A stretch of DNA of 46,088 bases, taken from contig JANYLL010000266.1 of the NCBI GenBank assembly GCA_025357895.1, positions 1 through 46,088 of the forward strand, in the 5' to 3' direction. Below, in pieces: positions 26,831-36,321 of the stretch; the first letter of the stretch is position 1; every line of letters starts with the position of its first letter. The translations under genes were made by a program, and so were the position numbers. Source of the stretch: Ignavibacteriota bacterium (GTDB lineage: Bacteria > Bacteroidota > Ignavibacteria > Palsa-1295). The notes beneath the pieces are model-generated. The model had not been told where the DNA came from. It saw only the letters and a list, made by a program, of their open reading frames with translations, and did no database searches.

Positions 26831-26918
26831 AAGTATAAGTAATTTAGTGAAGAAAACTTTTTTACTCATACATACGCCAGGAGGATTTGGATTTGGATAC
26901 TTGAGAGAAAGTATACAA

Positions 26919-28598
26919 CTAATTCAAAGACATCAAAAATGTTTGCAGGTTTTCTTCCTGAGAAAGCCCTATTTTTTTACGGATTTGATAGCGATGGACT
27001 TCAATGGTCCTGTTAGAGAGACAGAGTGAATTTGCAATATCCTTTGTTGAAAGATTAAGTTTCATCAATAAACACACTTTTACTTCTTTGGGAGAAAGAT
27101 CCGGGAAACGATCGACAAGTCTGGACCCAAAATCCTTATGTATAACATTGAATTGCGATGAAAAAAACTCCCAATCGCTCTCAGAATTTCGTAAACATTC
27201 GATCTCGGAGATTACCGTACTAACCGGAGCATGGTTTTTATTTCCCGGAGAAAGGAGCGTTTCTTTCAATTGTGTCGTAACCTTCCCGAGTACTTCGTTT
27301 TGTTTGGAAAGCTGCAAAGCGATTGCAGTTAATTCCTGATTTTTTGCAGAGAGTTTTTGTTCAAGAATTTCTTTCTCCCGTTTCAAATGTATATGTTCGC
27401 GTAATGCCGCTTCCACCTCCAGACGAATATGCGCCTCTGCGATTAGCTTGTGTTCATCGGCGCGATTGATCTGCTCACGCACGATAGTATACTTCTCATA
27501 GTGCGCAACTGCTTGTTCAAATTTCGAGTCGTATTTGTCGCATTGTGCCAGCAATAAATATAATTCCGCTTCGACTTTCATCTCACCACTGGTGGCGGCA
27601 ATCTTCAACCCGCTTAATGCCGTCGTTCGTGCATTCTCAACGTTCTTTAGATCAAATTGAAGTTGAGCTTTATGTATAAGTATGTTTGCTACTCTATTAG
27701 GAATTTCATAGCGCTTACATAATTCTAATGCTTCTTCATACATCCCAAGTGCTGCCTTTTTTTCTTTAATGAGCGTATGAACAAAACCTGATCTTTCCAT
27801 CGCCTTGACACGCTCGTTATGGAAATCATGATCGGCAGTAATAGCGAGAGCTTCGTTAAAGAGCGTAATGGCTTCGGCAAACTCTTTATTATCGGTCAGT
27901 AGATTGCCTTTATTAATCAGAGATTTGACAATACAGAGTGTATTGTTGTTATTCTTTCCAGCATGGTTTGCTTTATCGAAATATTCGATCGCCTTTTCAT
28001 TCTGATGCATTTCATAATACATTATTGCTATATTCAAATAAACAGGACCGATATCTTCCAATCCGTGATCCAGTGTAAGTTTTAAACTTCGGGAATGATA
28101 ATCGAAACTCTTATGCAAATCTCCGATCGATCTGTAAACAAGACCGAGATTATTATACGAGATTTCCATACTCGCTTTATCGCCGATAGCCTCGGCTAGC
28201 TCAAGAGAATCATCATAGTACCGGATAGCTTGCGCATACTCACTTTGGGATAAAGAAATATTTCCCATAAGATATAGAAGCTTTGCGATTTCCCCCTTAT
28301 TATCCAGCTCTTGCTGAATAAAAAGAGCTTCTTTGAAATTATCCCGCGCTCCCGAATAATCTGTCGTGCGGTATTTACATCTTCCCAATAGCGTTAGAAC
28401 CTTCCCCTTGAGTTCTGAGTCTTCAATTTTTGTTATGATCTTTGCAGCTTTTTCCGCATAATCAAGAGCTACGACAGTATCGGAGAGATAGAATCTTTCG
28501 CATAGTTCACATAACAGTCGAACACGTTTTCTATTCTGTGTTGCCTTAGCGAGTTCTTTTGTGAGTTTTACTATCTCTACTTGTGTATTCTGTTGCAT
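26919..28598 (-). CDS. TPR-repeat transcriptional regulator with C-terminal LuxR/GerE helix-turn-helix
   Basis: About 350 aa of TPR-like repeats are followed by a coiled-coil segment. The C-terminus is LSPKEVKVCLLMKLNLSTKDIANSLCLSNRTIEVHRYQIRKKIG. Confidence 0.85.
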   Translation of the reverse strand: MQQNTQVEIVKLTKELAKATQNRKRVRLLCELCERFYLSDTVVALDYAEKAAKIITKIEDSELKGKVLTLLGRCKYRTTDYSGARDNFKEALFIQQELDNKGEIAKLLYLMGNISLSQSEYAQAIRYYDDSLELAEAIGDKASMEISYNNLGLVYRSIGDLHKSFDYHSRSLKLTLDHGLEDIGPVYLNIAIMYYEMHQNEKAIEYFDKANHAGKNNNNTLCIVKSLINKGNLLTDNKEFAEAITLFNEALAITADHDFHNERVKAMERSGFVHTLIKEKKAALGMYEEALELCKRYEIPNRVANILIHKAQLQFDLKNVENARTTALSGLKIAATSGEMKVEAELYLLLAQCDKYDSKFEQAVAHYEKYTIVREQINRADEHKLIAEAHIRLEVEAALREHIHLKREKEILEQKLSAKNQELTAIALQLSKQNEVLGKVTTQLKETLLSPGNKNHAPVSTVISEIECLRNSESDWEFFSSQFNVIHKDFGSRLVDRFPDLSPKEVKVCLLMKLNLSTKDIANSLCLSNRTIEVHRYQIRKKIGLSQEENLQTFLMSLN

Positions 28599-28855
28599 CC
28601 CGCTGCTTAGTACAATGGTGTTTCAAACTAACGATTTAAAGGAATCTATAACTCCAAATACAAGCGCATTCTAGATTGGTGAAAAGATATAGTGCCTGTA
28701 ATTCTTTTAATTTCATTAGTTAGTGTATCTAAGTAATTAATACGTAGTAGCAAAAATAGCTCCATGCCTTAGGTTTGTACTACAATGATTAAATAAACAT
28801 CGATCATTGAAAAATAACTTTTTTAACTACACACATTCTAAAAAACTAACAACAT

Positions 28856-29662
28856 ATGAAAAATCTCATCAAACTTCTAACGACAATTTCGATTCTTTCG
28901 GTTATCAGTTTATCATCATCGCCCATATTCGCGCAAAAACACGCTAAGAAGGCATCGTCTAAAAATTCATTCCAATCAAGTAACTATTCTACTTTAAATA
29001 GTATTAAAGAAGCAGGCGATTGGAAATTTGGCGCCGATTTCGGAATGACTCTTGATTCGAGAAGTACTTCAATCACCGGTACGACCGATCCGATATTTAT
29101 AATGCTTGGATCCTTAAGCGGATTTTCACCATTCGTTAATCTCTATGCGGATTACTCCATCGCAAAAACGATCGGACTTCAAACGAAGGTCTGTTGGGAT
29201 TATTCGAGCGTGAGTGCTTCTAAAGATGTTATCGAAAACGGTGTGAAACTCAATACTAAACTCGGTGCGCATGTAGGGACGATCGGTATTAGTTTTTCGA
29301 TTCGTTATGATGTTTTGCAGAATCTATTTTTTACTGCAGGACCTTCAATGAACTTTGCCATTGGGAATACTACAGCAACAACCGATATTAAAATTCTTAC
29401 GCAGGGAAAAACGTTTGCTGATGGCAGCCAGGTTGCACGCGCAGAAACACAGGAAAGCGGTTCATCGAAACCTGCTTTCGGATTAGAGATCGGAGGAGGC
29501 TATCGCATTACCCTCTCAAACACTATTGATCTTGTCCCCAGAGCTACATTTCAACTTTTCCCTTCAATGGGTTCGGAAACTTCATTTCCAGACGGGGGGC
29601 AGGCATCAACTTCTACTGCTACTCGTTTCCAATTTTCATGCGGATTGATGATCGGTTTGTAA
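28856..29662 (+). CDS. Outer-membrane beta-barrel (porin-family) protein
   Basis: It has a signal peptide (SSSPIFAQ), alternating beta-strand pattern, and a C-terminal strand FQFSCGLMIGL. Confidence 0.65.
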   Translation: MKNLIKLLTTISILSVISLSSSPIFAQKHAKKASSKNSFQSSNYSTLNSIKEAGDWKFGADFGMTLDSRSTSITGTTDPIFIMLGSLSGFSPFVNLYADYSIAKTIGLQTKVCWDYSSVSASKDVIENGVKLNTKLGAHVGTIGISFSIRYDVLQNLFFTAGPSMNFAIGNTTATTDIKILTQGKTFADGSQVARAETQESGSSKPAFGLEIGGGYRITLSNTIDLVPRATFQLFPSMGSETSFPDGGQASTSTATRFQFSCGLMIGL

Positions 29663-29685
29663 TAAATTAAAACTATTAGGAAAAG

Positions 29686-29710
29686 GGCCCTGCACAGCAG
29701 GGCTCTTATT
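29686..29710. terminator. Hairpin terminator between convergent genes
   Basis: The hairpin GCCCTGC-ACA-GCAGGGC (29687-29703) is flanked by AAAAG upstream and TCTTATT downstream. Confidence 0.6.
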
Positions 29711-29745
29711 ATCATTATCTGTAAATTATTCTCAACGGATTGGTT

Positions 29746-30684
29746 TTACCTCAATGCCGCTTTAAAGTATTTAATCGTCTTTTCTAATCCTGATTTCCTG
29801 TCTACCTTAGGTCCCCAGCCAAGAAGCGATTTTGCAAGGGTTATATTAGGTTGTCGGACCTGCGGATCATCTTGTGGAAGAGGAGTGAAGACGATCTCGC
29901 TCTTCGATTCTGGAATCATCGCTTTAATTTCTTTTGCAAGTTCAAGCATCGTGACTTCATCAGGATTACCAATATTGACGGGATTTGAATAGTCTGATAG
30001 AAGCAGCCGGTAAATACCTTCTACAAGATCGGACACATAGCATACGCTTCGTGTTTGTGATCCATCTCCAAAAACGGTGATATCTTCATCGCGCAAAGCC
30101 TGAGTTATAAAAGCAGGAATCGCTCTACCGTCGTGAATACGCATACGTTCGCCATAAGTATTAAATATACGAATGATGCGAGTTTCAAGCCCGTGGTAGC
30201 GGTGATATGCCATTGTCAATGCTTCGGCAAAACGTTTTGCTTCATCATAGACTCCGCGAATGCCAATGGGATTCACATTGCCCCAATATGTTTCGGGTTG
30301 TGGGTGGATCGAAGGGTCACCATACGTCTCACTTGTCGATGCTAAAAAAAATCTGGCATTTTTTGCTTTTGCCAAACCAAGAGCTTTATGGGTGCCGAGC
30401 GAACCAACTTTCAATGTTTGGATCGGAAGCTTTAAATAATCGATAGGCGAGGCAGGTGATGCGAAATGCAAAATGTAATCGAGCTGTCCATCGACATGAA
30501 TAAAATTCGTCACATCATAATGCACAAAAGAAAAATTCGGCTTGCCGATTAGATGTCCAACGTTATCGGCATTACCGGTAACAAGATTATCCATGCAGAT
30601 AACATCGTGACCTTCTTTGACGAACCTGTCACAAAGATGACTTCCTAAAAAACCAGCACCTCCGGTTATTAATGTCCTCGGCAT
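29746..30684 (-). CDS. UDP-glucuronate decarboxylase (UDP-xylose synthase), extended SDR
   Basis: It has [46 protein letters not shown], the YDEAKR catalytic motif and [10 protein letters not shown]. Confidence 0.9.
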   Translation of the reverse strand: MPRTLITGGAGFLGSHLCDRFVKEGHDVICMDNLVTGNADNVGHLIGKPNFSFVHYDVTNFIHVDGQLDYILHFASPASPIDYLKLPIQTLKVGSLGTHKALGLAKAKNARFFLASTSETYGDPSIHPQPETYWGNVNPIGIRGVYDEAKRFAEALTMAYHRYHGLETRIIRIFNTYGERMRIHDGRAIPAFITQALRDEDITVFGDGSQTRSVCYVSDLVEGIYRLLLSDYSNPVNIGNPDEVTMLELAKEIKAMIPESKSEIVFTPLPQDDPQVRQPNITLAKSLLGWGPKVDRKSGLEKTIKYFKAALR

Positions 30685-30705
30685 TTGTTTATTAATAAAA
30701 ATTAT

Positions 30706-32013
30706 TTATCTCCGACCTATTCCATAATATATCAGTCCGTGTTCTCGTATTTTTTCAGGGTCATAAATATTTCTTCCGTCGAAAATTACTTTATCTTTAA
30801 GTGACGAAGAGAGTAAATTAAAATCCGGATTGCGGAATTCATTCCATTCGGTTACGACGATAAGTGCATCGGCTCCTTCAAGTGCCGTCATATTTTTCCT
30901 ACAATATTTTAATTGATCTGATTCAGGTAATATTTTCATTGTCACAGCAATTGCAACCGGATCGCTTGCCTGGATCTTTGCTCCATGTGAGATAAGCGAG
31001 TTTATTATTTCTATCGAAGGCGCATCACGGATATCATCGGTTTTTGGTTTGAAGGAAAGTCCCCAAAGCGCAAATATTTTTCCGGAAATACTTCCGTTAT
31101 AGTGCGCCAATATTTTTTCTACTAAAACTTTTTTCTGTTTATAATTTACTTCCTGAACTGCCTTCAGAGTTTTGAATTCATAGTTATTTTCTGCAGCAGT
31201 TTTTATAATTGCACTTACATCTTTTGGAAAGCAGCTTCCGCCAAAACCAACTCCCGGAAAAAGAAATTGCTGCCCTATGCGTCCATCCGAACCAATACCT
31301 TTACGCACACTATCGACATCTGCACCGACTGCATCGCAAATATTCGCAATTTCATTCATGAAAGAAATTCGCAGAGCAAGCATTGCATTCGCAGCATACT
31401 TTGTGATCTCCGCACTTTTTTCATCCATGATGTAGATCGGATTTCCGGTGCGGACAAATGGCTCGTATAATTCTTGCATCACTTCGATCGCTTCAGGACT
31501 TGATGAGCCGATAACAATGCGATCAGGTTTGAGAAAATCCTGTACAGCGGCACCTTCTTTCAAAAACTCTGGATTCGAAACGACGTCAACCTTTATTTTT
31601 GTCTCTTGCTCAAATATTGCCTTTACTTTTTCTGCCGTGCCGACAGGAACAGTAGATTTATTTACGATCACTTTCGGCTCAGTGATTATCTGCGCAATTT
31701 GTTTTACTACCGACATTACACGCGAAAGATCGGCAGCGCCGTCGGCGCCTTGCGGAGTAGGAAGTGCAAGGAAAATAACCTGGGCACTTGCAACAGCTTC
31801 TTTCAGATCTGTTGTGAATACTAATCTGCCTTCGGCAACGTTGAACTTAACGATCTCTTCAAGACCAGGTTCGTAGATCGGGATAATGCCTTTTTTTAAC
31901 GCATCAATTTTTTCCTGCACAATGTCCATGCAAATCACATTATTGCCTGTTTCAGCAAAACCTGCACCTGTGACTAATCCAACATATCCCGTTCCGACGA
32001 TTGCGACGTTCAT
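30706..32013 (-). CDS. ugd: UDP-glucose 6-dehydrogenase
   Basis: It has GTGYVGLVTGAGFAE, IPIYEPGLEE and GFGGSCFPKD with the catalytic Cys. It lies 21 nt upstream of the UXS gene, consistent with an operon. Confidence 0.93.
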   Translation of the reverse strand: MNVAIVGTGYVGLVTGAGFAETGNNVICMDIVQEKIDALKKGIIPIYEPGLEEIVKFNVAEGRLVFTTDLKEAVASAQVIFLALPTPQGADGAADLSRVMSVVKQIAQIITEPKVIVNKSTVPVGTAEKVKAIFEQETKIKVDVVSNPEFLKEGAAVQDFLKPDRIVIGSSSPEAIEVMQELYEPFVRTGNPIYIMDEKSAEITKYAANAMLALRISFMNEIANICDAVGADVDSVRKGIGSDGRIGQQFLFPGVGFGGSCFPKDVSAIIKTAAENNYEFKTLKAVQEVNYKQKKVLVEKILAHYNGSISGKIFALWGLSFKPKTDDIRDAPSIEIINSLISHGAKIQASDPVAIAVTMKILPESDQLKYCRKNMTALEGADALIVVTEWNEFRNPDFNLLSSSLKDKVIFDGRNIYDPEKIREHGLIYYGIGRR

Positions 32014-32163
32014 TGCTAATTAAATTCTTTTACGCTGCTTCGAAAATGACAACTTAAACTTGGAGCTATACAACTTAGAGAATCCTTACTTTGTTCGGAT
32101 TGAAAAGATAATTTCTTACCTAACTCTCTTTTCCCCAACTCTCTTAATTCTTTAAACTTCTCT

Positions 32164-32455
32164 TTTAAATACATTTAAATACAGGTTATTTTAAAGGGTG
32201 TGGATATGTAGATAAGAATTTAAAATTCATTATTATCTACGATCCTGAGCTAAGAACGATATATAACAAGTTATCCAGTACAGTGTTCGTATGTGGAAGG
32301 GTAATAATTCATCCACAGTAAAAGTTATAATCTACAGGCTATACACATAAGAAAAATGTTATCAACGTATGTGCGAATAAAAATGAACACAGCAGTATGG
32401 AAAAATAAATTTTACCACGATATTACACAGAAGTTTTGTGTTGAGATGTGGAGAA
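32164..32455. promoter_or_regulatory. Cluster of DnaA-box-like 9-mers with an adjacent AT-rich tandem 10-mer (candidate oriC or DnaA-regulated region)
   Basis: The tandem TTTAAATACA x2 lies at 32164-32183. Four boxes are within 1 mismatch of TTATCCACA/TGTGGATAA: TGTGGATAT 32199-32207, TGTAGATAA 32207-32215, TCATCCACA 32309-32317 and TGTGGAGAA 32447-32455. Four boxes have 2 mismatches, at 32233, 32271, 32328 and 32359. Confidence 0.45.
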
Positions 32456-32475
32456 GCTTTTAACTATATTATGTA

Positions 32476-32661
32476 ATGAAATTACTTACCCTTCACAAAA
32501 TTCTTATCGCAATAGCAATCGCATTCTTTCTTTTCTTCGGAATACGAGAGATTATGCGTGATGGAGGAAATTTGATATTCGGGATTTTGGTGCTTGCCCT
32601 TGCTTGCGGAGTAAGTTTTTATTTTGTCTGGGTTCTGCGCGGCGGGTATGAGAAGAAATAA
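32476..32661 (+). CDS. Hypothetical small membrane protein
   Basis: 61-aa ORF with two hydrophobic helices. It has no recognisable RBS or homology. Confidence 0.3.
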   Translation: MKLLTLHKILIAIAIAFFLFFGIREIMRDGGNLIFGILVLALACGVSFYFVWVLRGGYEKK

Positions 32662-32676
32662 TATTATATCCAGTGG

Positions 32677-32695
32677 GGCGGACTCTTAGTCCGCC
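32677..32695. repeat. Hairpin GGCGGACT-CTT-AGTCCGCC, 20 nt upstream of the RM gene start
   Basis: It is a perfect 8-bp stem. The same 8-mers, in swapped order, form the hairpin at 35530-35550. Confidence 0.7.
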
Positions 32696-32714
32696 AGTCC
32701 GTATCTTTGCAGCA

Positions 32715-35438
32715 ATGAAACCACTAAGCTGGAATGAAATAAAAGACCGCGCGCTCAAATTCTCCAAAGAATGGCAGAATGAAACGAGCGAAGATGCTGA
32801 GGCAAAAACATTTTGGGATCAGCTCTTTGAGGTATTCGGCGTTCCGAGAAGGCGCTTTGCTTCTTTTGAAACAAGTGTAAAACGTCAAGGACGTGGTCCG
32901 GGATTTATTGATGTCCTCTGGAAAGGTAAATTACTTGTTGAGCATAAATCAGGCGGAAAGAATTTAGATAAAGCATTCACACAAGCAAAGGATTATTTTC
33001 CGGGTATTGCAGATCATGACCTTCCCCGATATATTATTGTCTGTAACTTTCAGCAATTCAGAATCTATGATCTTGAGAAAAATGAAAAGCCCATAGAATT
33101 CGATCTCAAAGACCTTGTACAGAATGTAAAGCATCTTGGCTTCATCGCTGGTTTTCAGGAAAGAGAGTTTCGTGAAGAAGATCCTGTGAATATCAAAGCT
33201 GCCGAACTTATGGGCAAGCTTCATGATAAGTTAAAAGCTATCGGATATTCAGGACATGAACTCGAAGTCTATCTTGTACGCCTTGTTTTTTGCCTTTTTG
33301 CCGATGATACGACTATCTTCGTTGATGACACTTTTGAAGATTACATATCACTGCGTACTTCGGTTGATGGAAGAGACCTTGCACAAACCTTAGCAGGACT
33401 TTTCGAAGTTTTAAATACGCCTGAAGAAAAAAGGCTGACAAATTTAGACGAAGACCTGCAGGCATTTCCTTATGTCAACGGAAAGCTTTTCGAGGAGCAG
33501 CTTCGCATTGCATCTTTTGATGCAGAGATGAGAAAAATGCTGCTTGAAGCATCGAGGATGGATTGGGGACAAATATCGCCTGCTATTTTTGGTTCGCTCT
33601 TTCAAAGTGTCATGAATCCCGCTCAGCGCAGAAATCTTGGTGCGCATTACACTTCTGAAAAAAATATTATGAAGCTCATCAAGCCGTTATTCTTAGATGA
33701 GCTATGGGAAGAATTCGGAAAGATAAAAAAGAATAAGGGTAAGCTTGAAGAATTTCATGCGAAGCTTGGCAAGCTTCGATTCTTTGATCCGGCTTGCGGA
33801 TGCGGTAACTTCCTTGTTATTACCTACCGCGAACTCAGGCGGCTTGAATTAGAAGTACTTAAAAGTCTCTACGGCGCACAACTTGGTACAAGTCTTGCCG
33901 ATGTGACATTCTGTAATGTTGACCAATTCTATGGAATAGAACTTGAAGAATTCCCCGCACAAATATCTGCAATGGCAATGTGGCTCATAGATCATCAGAT
34001 GAATATGGAAGCATCGAAAGAATTTGGTGAATATTATAGAAGATTACCTCTGACAAAATCTGCAAAGGTCATTACTGGCAATGCACTCAGAATTGATTGG
34101 GAAAGGGTAGTTGGTAATAAAGATGATAATCTTTTTATTCTTGGAAATCCACCGTTTGGAGGAAAACATTTACAATCTGACGAACAAAAGGAAGATATGA
34201 AATTTGTTTGCCCCGATATTCCATTATATGCTTCACTAGATTTTGTTGCAACTTGGTTCGTAAAAGCAGCGAGGTTTATCCAAGATACCAACATTCGTTG
34301 TGCCTTTGTTTCAACAAACTCTATTACCCAAGGTGAGCAAGTTGGAATATTATGGACATATCTATTAGAGAAAGGTATAAAGATACAATTTGCTCACCGC
34401 ACTTTTAAATGGAAAAATGAAGCAAAGGGGCAGGCAGGAGTTTATTGTGTTATAATTGGATTTGGGTTATCTAATATTTCGAAGAAAAGACTGTTTGTTT
34501 ACGAAACGGTTATCTCAAATCCAAATGAAATTTTGGCAAAAAATATTAACCCATACTTGGTTGATTTTGAAGACGAAGTTATTCTAAGTAAGTCAAAATC
34601 AATCTCTAATGCGCCTAAAATGGTATGGGGGAATAAACCTGTGGATGGTGGTCATCTCATATTGGAGGATGGTGAGAAAGAAGAATTTATTAGGAGAGAG
34701 CCGAAGGCATATAAGTTCATCAAGCGACTATTAGGGGCCCGGGAATTTCTTCATTCCGAACTGAGATGGTGTATCTGGTTAGTAGGTGTGGATCCTCAAA
34801 TATTAAAATCTATGCCACTTGTTATGGAGCGAATTCGACTCGTTAAGAAGATGAGGCTAAATAGTAAAGACAAGGGAGCACGTGATCTTGCCAAAACTCC
34901 ATATTTATTTAGAGATACTAGAAATCCTAAGAGTTTTATCCTAATTCCAAGTGTTTCATCTGAAAATAGAAATTACGTGCCAATGGGATTTTTTGGAGAA
35001 GACGTAATTACCTCTAATTTATGTCACATGGTACCTAATGGTACATTGTATGATTTTGGAATACTAATGTCCCAAGCACATATGGCTTGGATGCGTGCAG
35101 TTTGTGGAAGATTGAAAAGTGATTACCGATATTCGAGTAATCTTGTCTATAATAATTTCCCCTGGCCAACATCACCAAAAGAAGCACAGAAGAAAAAAGT
35201 AGAAGAGGCGGCGCAGGCTGTGCTTCATGCGCGGAAGGAATTTCCGGATGCAACACTTGCTGATCTTTATGATCCGAACACGATGCCGAAAGTCTTGCTC
35301 GATGCCCACCGGAAATTAGATTCTGCCGTAGATGCCTGCTATAGAAAAGCAGCCTTCAAAACCGAACTCGAACGGTTAGAATTTTTATTCGGAATGTATA
35401 AGGAGTTGGTGAAGGGGGAGGAAGAAGCAGAAAAATAA
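32715..35438 (+). CDS. MmeI-family Type IIL (IIG) restriction-modification enzyme: fused endonuclease, N6-adenine methyltransferase and target recognition domain
   Basis: The N-terminus MKPLSWNEIKDRALKFSKEW...FIDVLWKGKLLVEHKSGG carries a D...ExK nuclease motif. It continues DLPRYIIVCNFQQFRIYDL and PVNIKAAELMGKLHD. Methyltransferase motif I is FFDPACGCGNFLV and motif IV is GNPPFGG. As I recall the MmeI sequence, it aligns end to end, and the length (907 aa from ATG 32715) is similar. Confidence 0.88.
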   Translation: MKPLSWNEIKDRALKFSKEWQNETSEDAEAKTFWDQLFEVFGVPRRRFASFETSVKRQGRGPGFIDVLWKGKLLVEHKSGGKNLDKAFTQAKDYFPGIADHDLPRYIIVCNFQQFRIYDLEKNEKPIEFDLKDLVQNVKHLGFIAGFQEREFREEDPVNIKAAELMGKLHDKLKAIGYSGHELEVYLVRLVFCLFADDTTIFVDDTFEDYISLRTSVDGRDLAQTLAGLFEVLNTPEEKRLTNLDEDLQAFPYVNGKLFEEQLRIASFDAEMRKMLLEASRMDWGQISPAIFGSLFQSVMNPAQRRNLGAHYTSEKNIMKLIKPLFLDELWEEFGKIKKNKGKLEEFHAKLGKLRFFDPACGCGNFLVITYRELRRLELEVLKSLYGAQLGTSLADVTFCNVDQFYGIELEEFPAQISAMAMWLIDHQMNMEASKEFGEYYRRLPLTKSAKVITGNALRIDWERVVGNKDDNLFILGNPPFGGKHLQSDEQKEDMKFVCPDIPLYASLDFVATWFVKAARFIQDTNIRCAFVSTNSITQGEQVGILWTYLLEKGIKIQFAHRTFKWKNEAKGQAGVYCVIIGFGLSNISKKRLFVYETVISNPNEILAKNINPYLVDFEDEVILSKSKSISNAPKMVWGNKPVDGGHLILEDGEKEEFIRREPKAYKFIKRLLGAREFLHSELRWCIWLVGVDPQILKSMPLVMERIRLVKKMRLNSKDKGARDLAKTPYLFRDTRNPKSFILIPSVSSENRNYVPMGFFGEDVITSNLCHMVPNGTLYDFGILMSQAHMAWMRAVCGRLKSDYRYSSNLVYNNFPWPTSPKEAQKKKVEEAAQAVLHARKEFPDATLADLYDPNTMPKVLLDAHRKLDSAVDACYRKAAFKTELERLEFLFGMYKELVKGEEEAEK

Positions 35439-35529
35439 AAAGACGAAAGAGAGGAAAGGAACTAAGTAGTAGGTGCTTATTGGTTATACTTGAGTATGAA
35501 ATCGAAAATCTATAGATCACGTTCATTAC

Positions 35530-35558
35530 GAGTCCGCCCCCGGCGGACTCTTTGTTTT
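35530..35558 (+). terminator. Intrinsic terminator of the RM gene
   Basis: The hairpin GAGTCCGCC-CCC-GGCGGACTC is followed by TTTGTTTT. Confidence 0.8.
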
Positions 35559-35722
35559 AAGGGAGGGAATGTGCGCGCGCGTACTGTTATGTTGTTGTAA
35601 AATAATGCGGTTACAGTGGCTTCAGGGCGAAATGGAGCATAGAGAATCTATAAACGAATCCCTTTCCCCAAAACATTGTTTACCTGTTTGCGTAATATTT
35701 TAATTATAGGAGATAGATATTT

Positions 35723-36130
35723 ATGTATGATCCAGTGATGGTACAGCCGATGAGAGATGAAGTAGTTCGTATTGGTATGAAAGAAATGCGGACGGCTGAG
35801 GAAGTTGATAAGGAATTAAATGCTTCGGGTACGGCTTTCGTATTCATTAATTCAGTTTGCGGCTGTGCTGCCGGCGGAGCAAGACCGGCATTAAAATTAG
35901 CATTGCAGCATTCGAAAAAACCCGACCGCATCACAACGGCTTTTGCAGGAAATGATGTTGAAGCAGTTGCACGAGCACGATCATTTTTCACGGGATTCCC
36001 GCCATCGTCGCCGCAATTTGCCATCATCAAGGACGGCAAACTTGCATGGATGATGGAGCGTTGGCAGATCGAGGGCAGAGCACCGGAAGCGATCGCTGCG
36101 GAATTGGTGAAAGTTTTTGATGCGATGTAA
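35723..36130 (+). CDS. Bacilliredoxin (BrxA/BrxB, YphP/YqiW DUF1094 family)
   Basis: 135 aa with YDPVMVQPMRDE...FVFINSVCGCAAGGARPA, which contains the CGC redox motif. An AGGAGA RBS lies upstream. Confidence 0.85.
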   Translation: MYDPVMVQPMRDEVVRIGMKEMRTAEEVDKELNASGTAFVFINSVCGCAAGGARPALKLALQHSKKPDRITTAFAGNDVEAVARARSFFTGFPPSSPQFAIIKDGKLAWMMERWQIEGRAPEAIAAELVKVFDAM

Positions 36131-36144
36131 GTAATTGTTACATT

Positions 36145-36218
36145 GGTAGGCGTAGGCTTTAGCCTGCGAGCGCGCTTCTCGATTACAGATTCACGCAGGC
36201 TAAAGCCCTAACCCTACC
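36145..36218. repeat. Palindromic REP/MITE-like element (GGTAG...CTACC family)
   Basis: The arms are GGTAGGCGTAGGCTTTAGCCTGCG (36145-36168) and CGCAGGCTAAAGCCCTAACCCTACC (36194-36218). It shares the ACATTGGTAG.CG.AGGCTTTAGCCTG prefix with 21852-21878. Confidence 0.8.
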
Positions 36219-36237
36219 GATATAAAGAATAAAAAAA

Positions 36238-36265
36238 TCCCGCGAGTTGATCGCGGAATTTTTTT
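36238..36265. terminator. Bidirectional-type intrinsic terminator
   Basis: The sequence is AAAAAAA-TCCCGCGA-GTTGA-TCGCGGAA-TTTTTTT. Confidence 0.7.
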
Positions 36266-36321
36266 CCTTTATTTTACATCCGTTATTGGTATGATTTTTG
36301 TATAGTTAAGAAAACCACAGA

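Noticed and set aside
28600-28855. A Bacteroidota-type -7 promoter element, TAnnTTTG (TAGGTTTG, about 28772-28779), upstream of the porin-family gene.
   Set aside because: It is a single short match with no convincing -33 TTTG partner at the right spacing. It is also uncertain whether this organism uses that promoter type.
35704-36039. A 111-aa ORF antisense to the bacilliredoxin gene. Similar antisense ORFs occur at 344-730, 10577-10945, 11489-11878 and 44598-44972.
   Set aside because: Each is fully embedded opposite a gene with clear family motifs, and none has a recognisable motif of its own.
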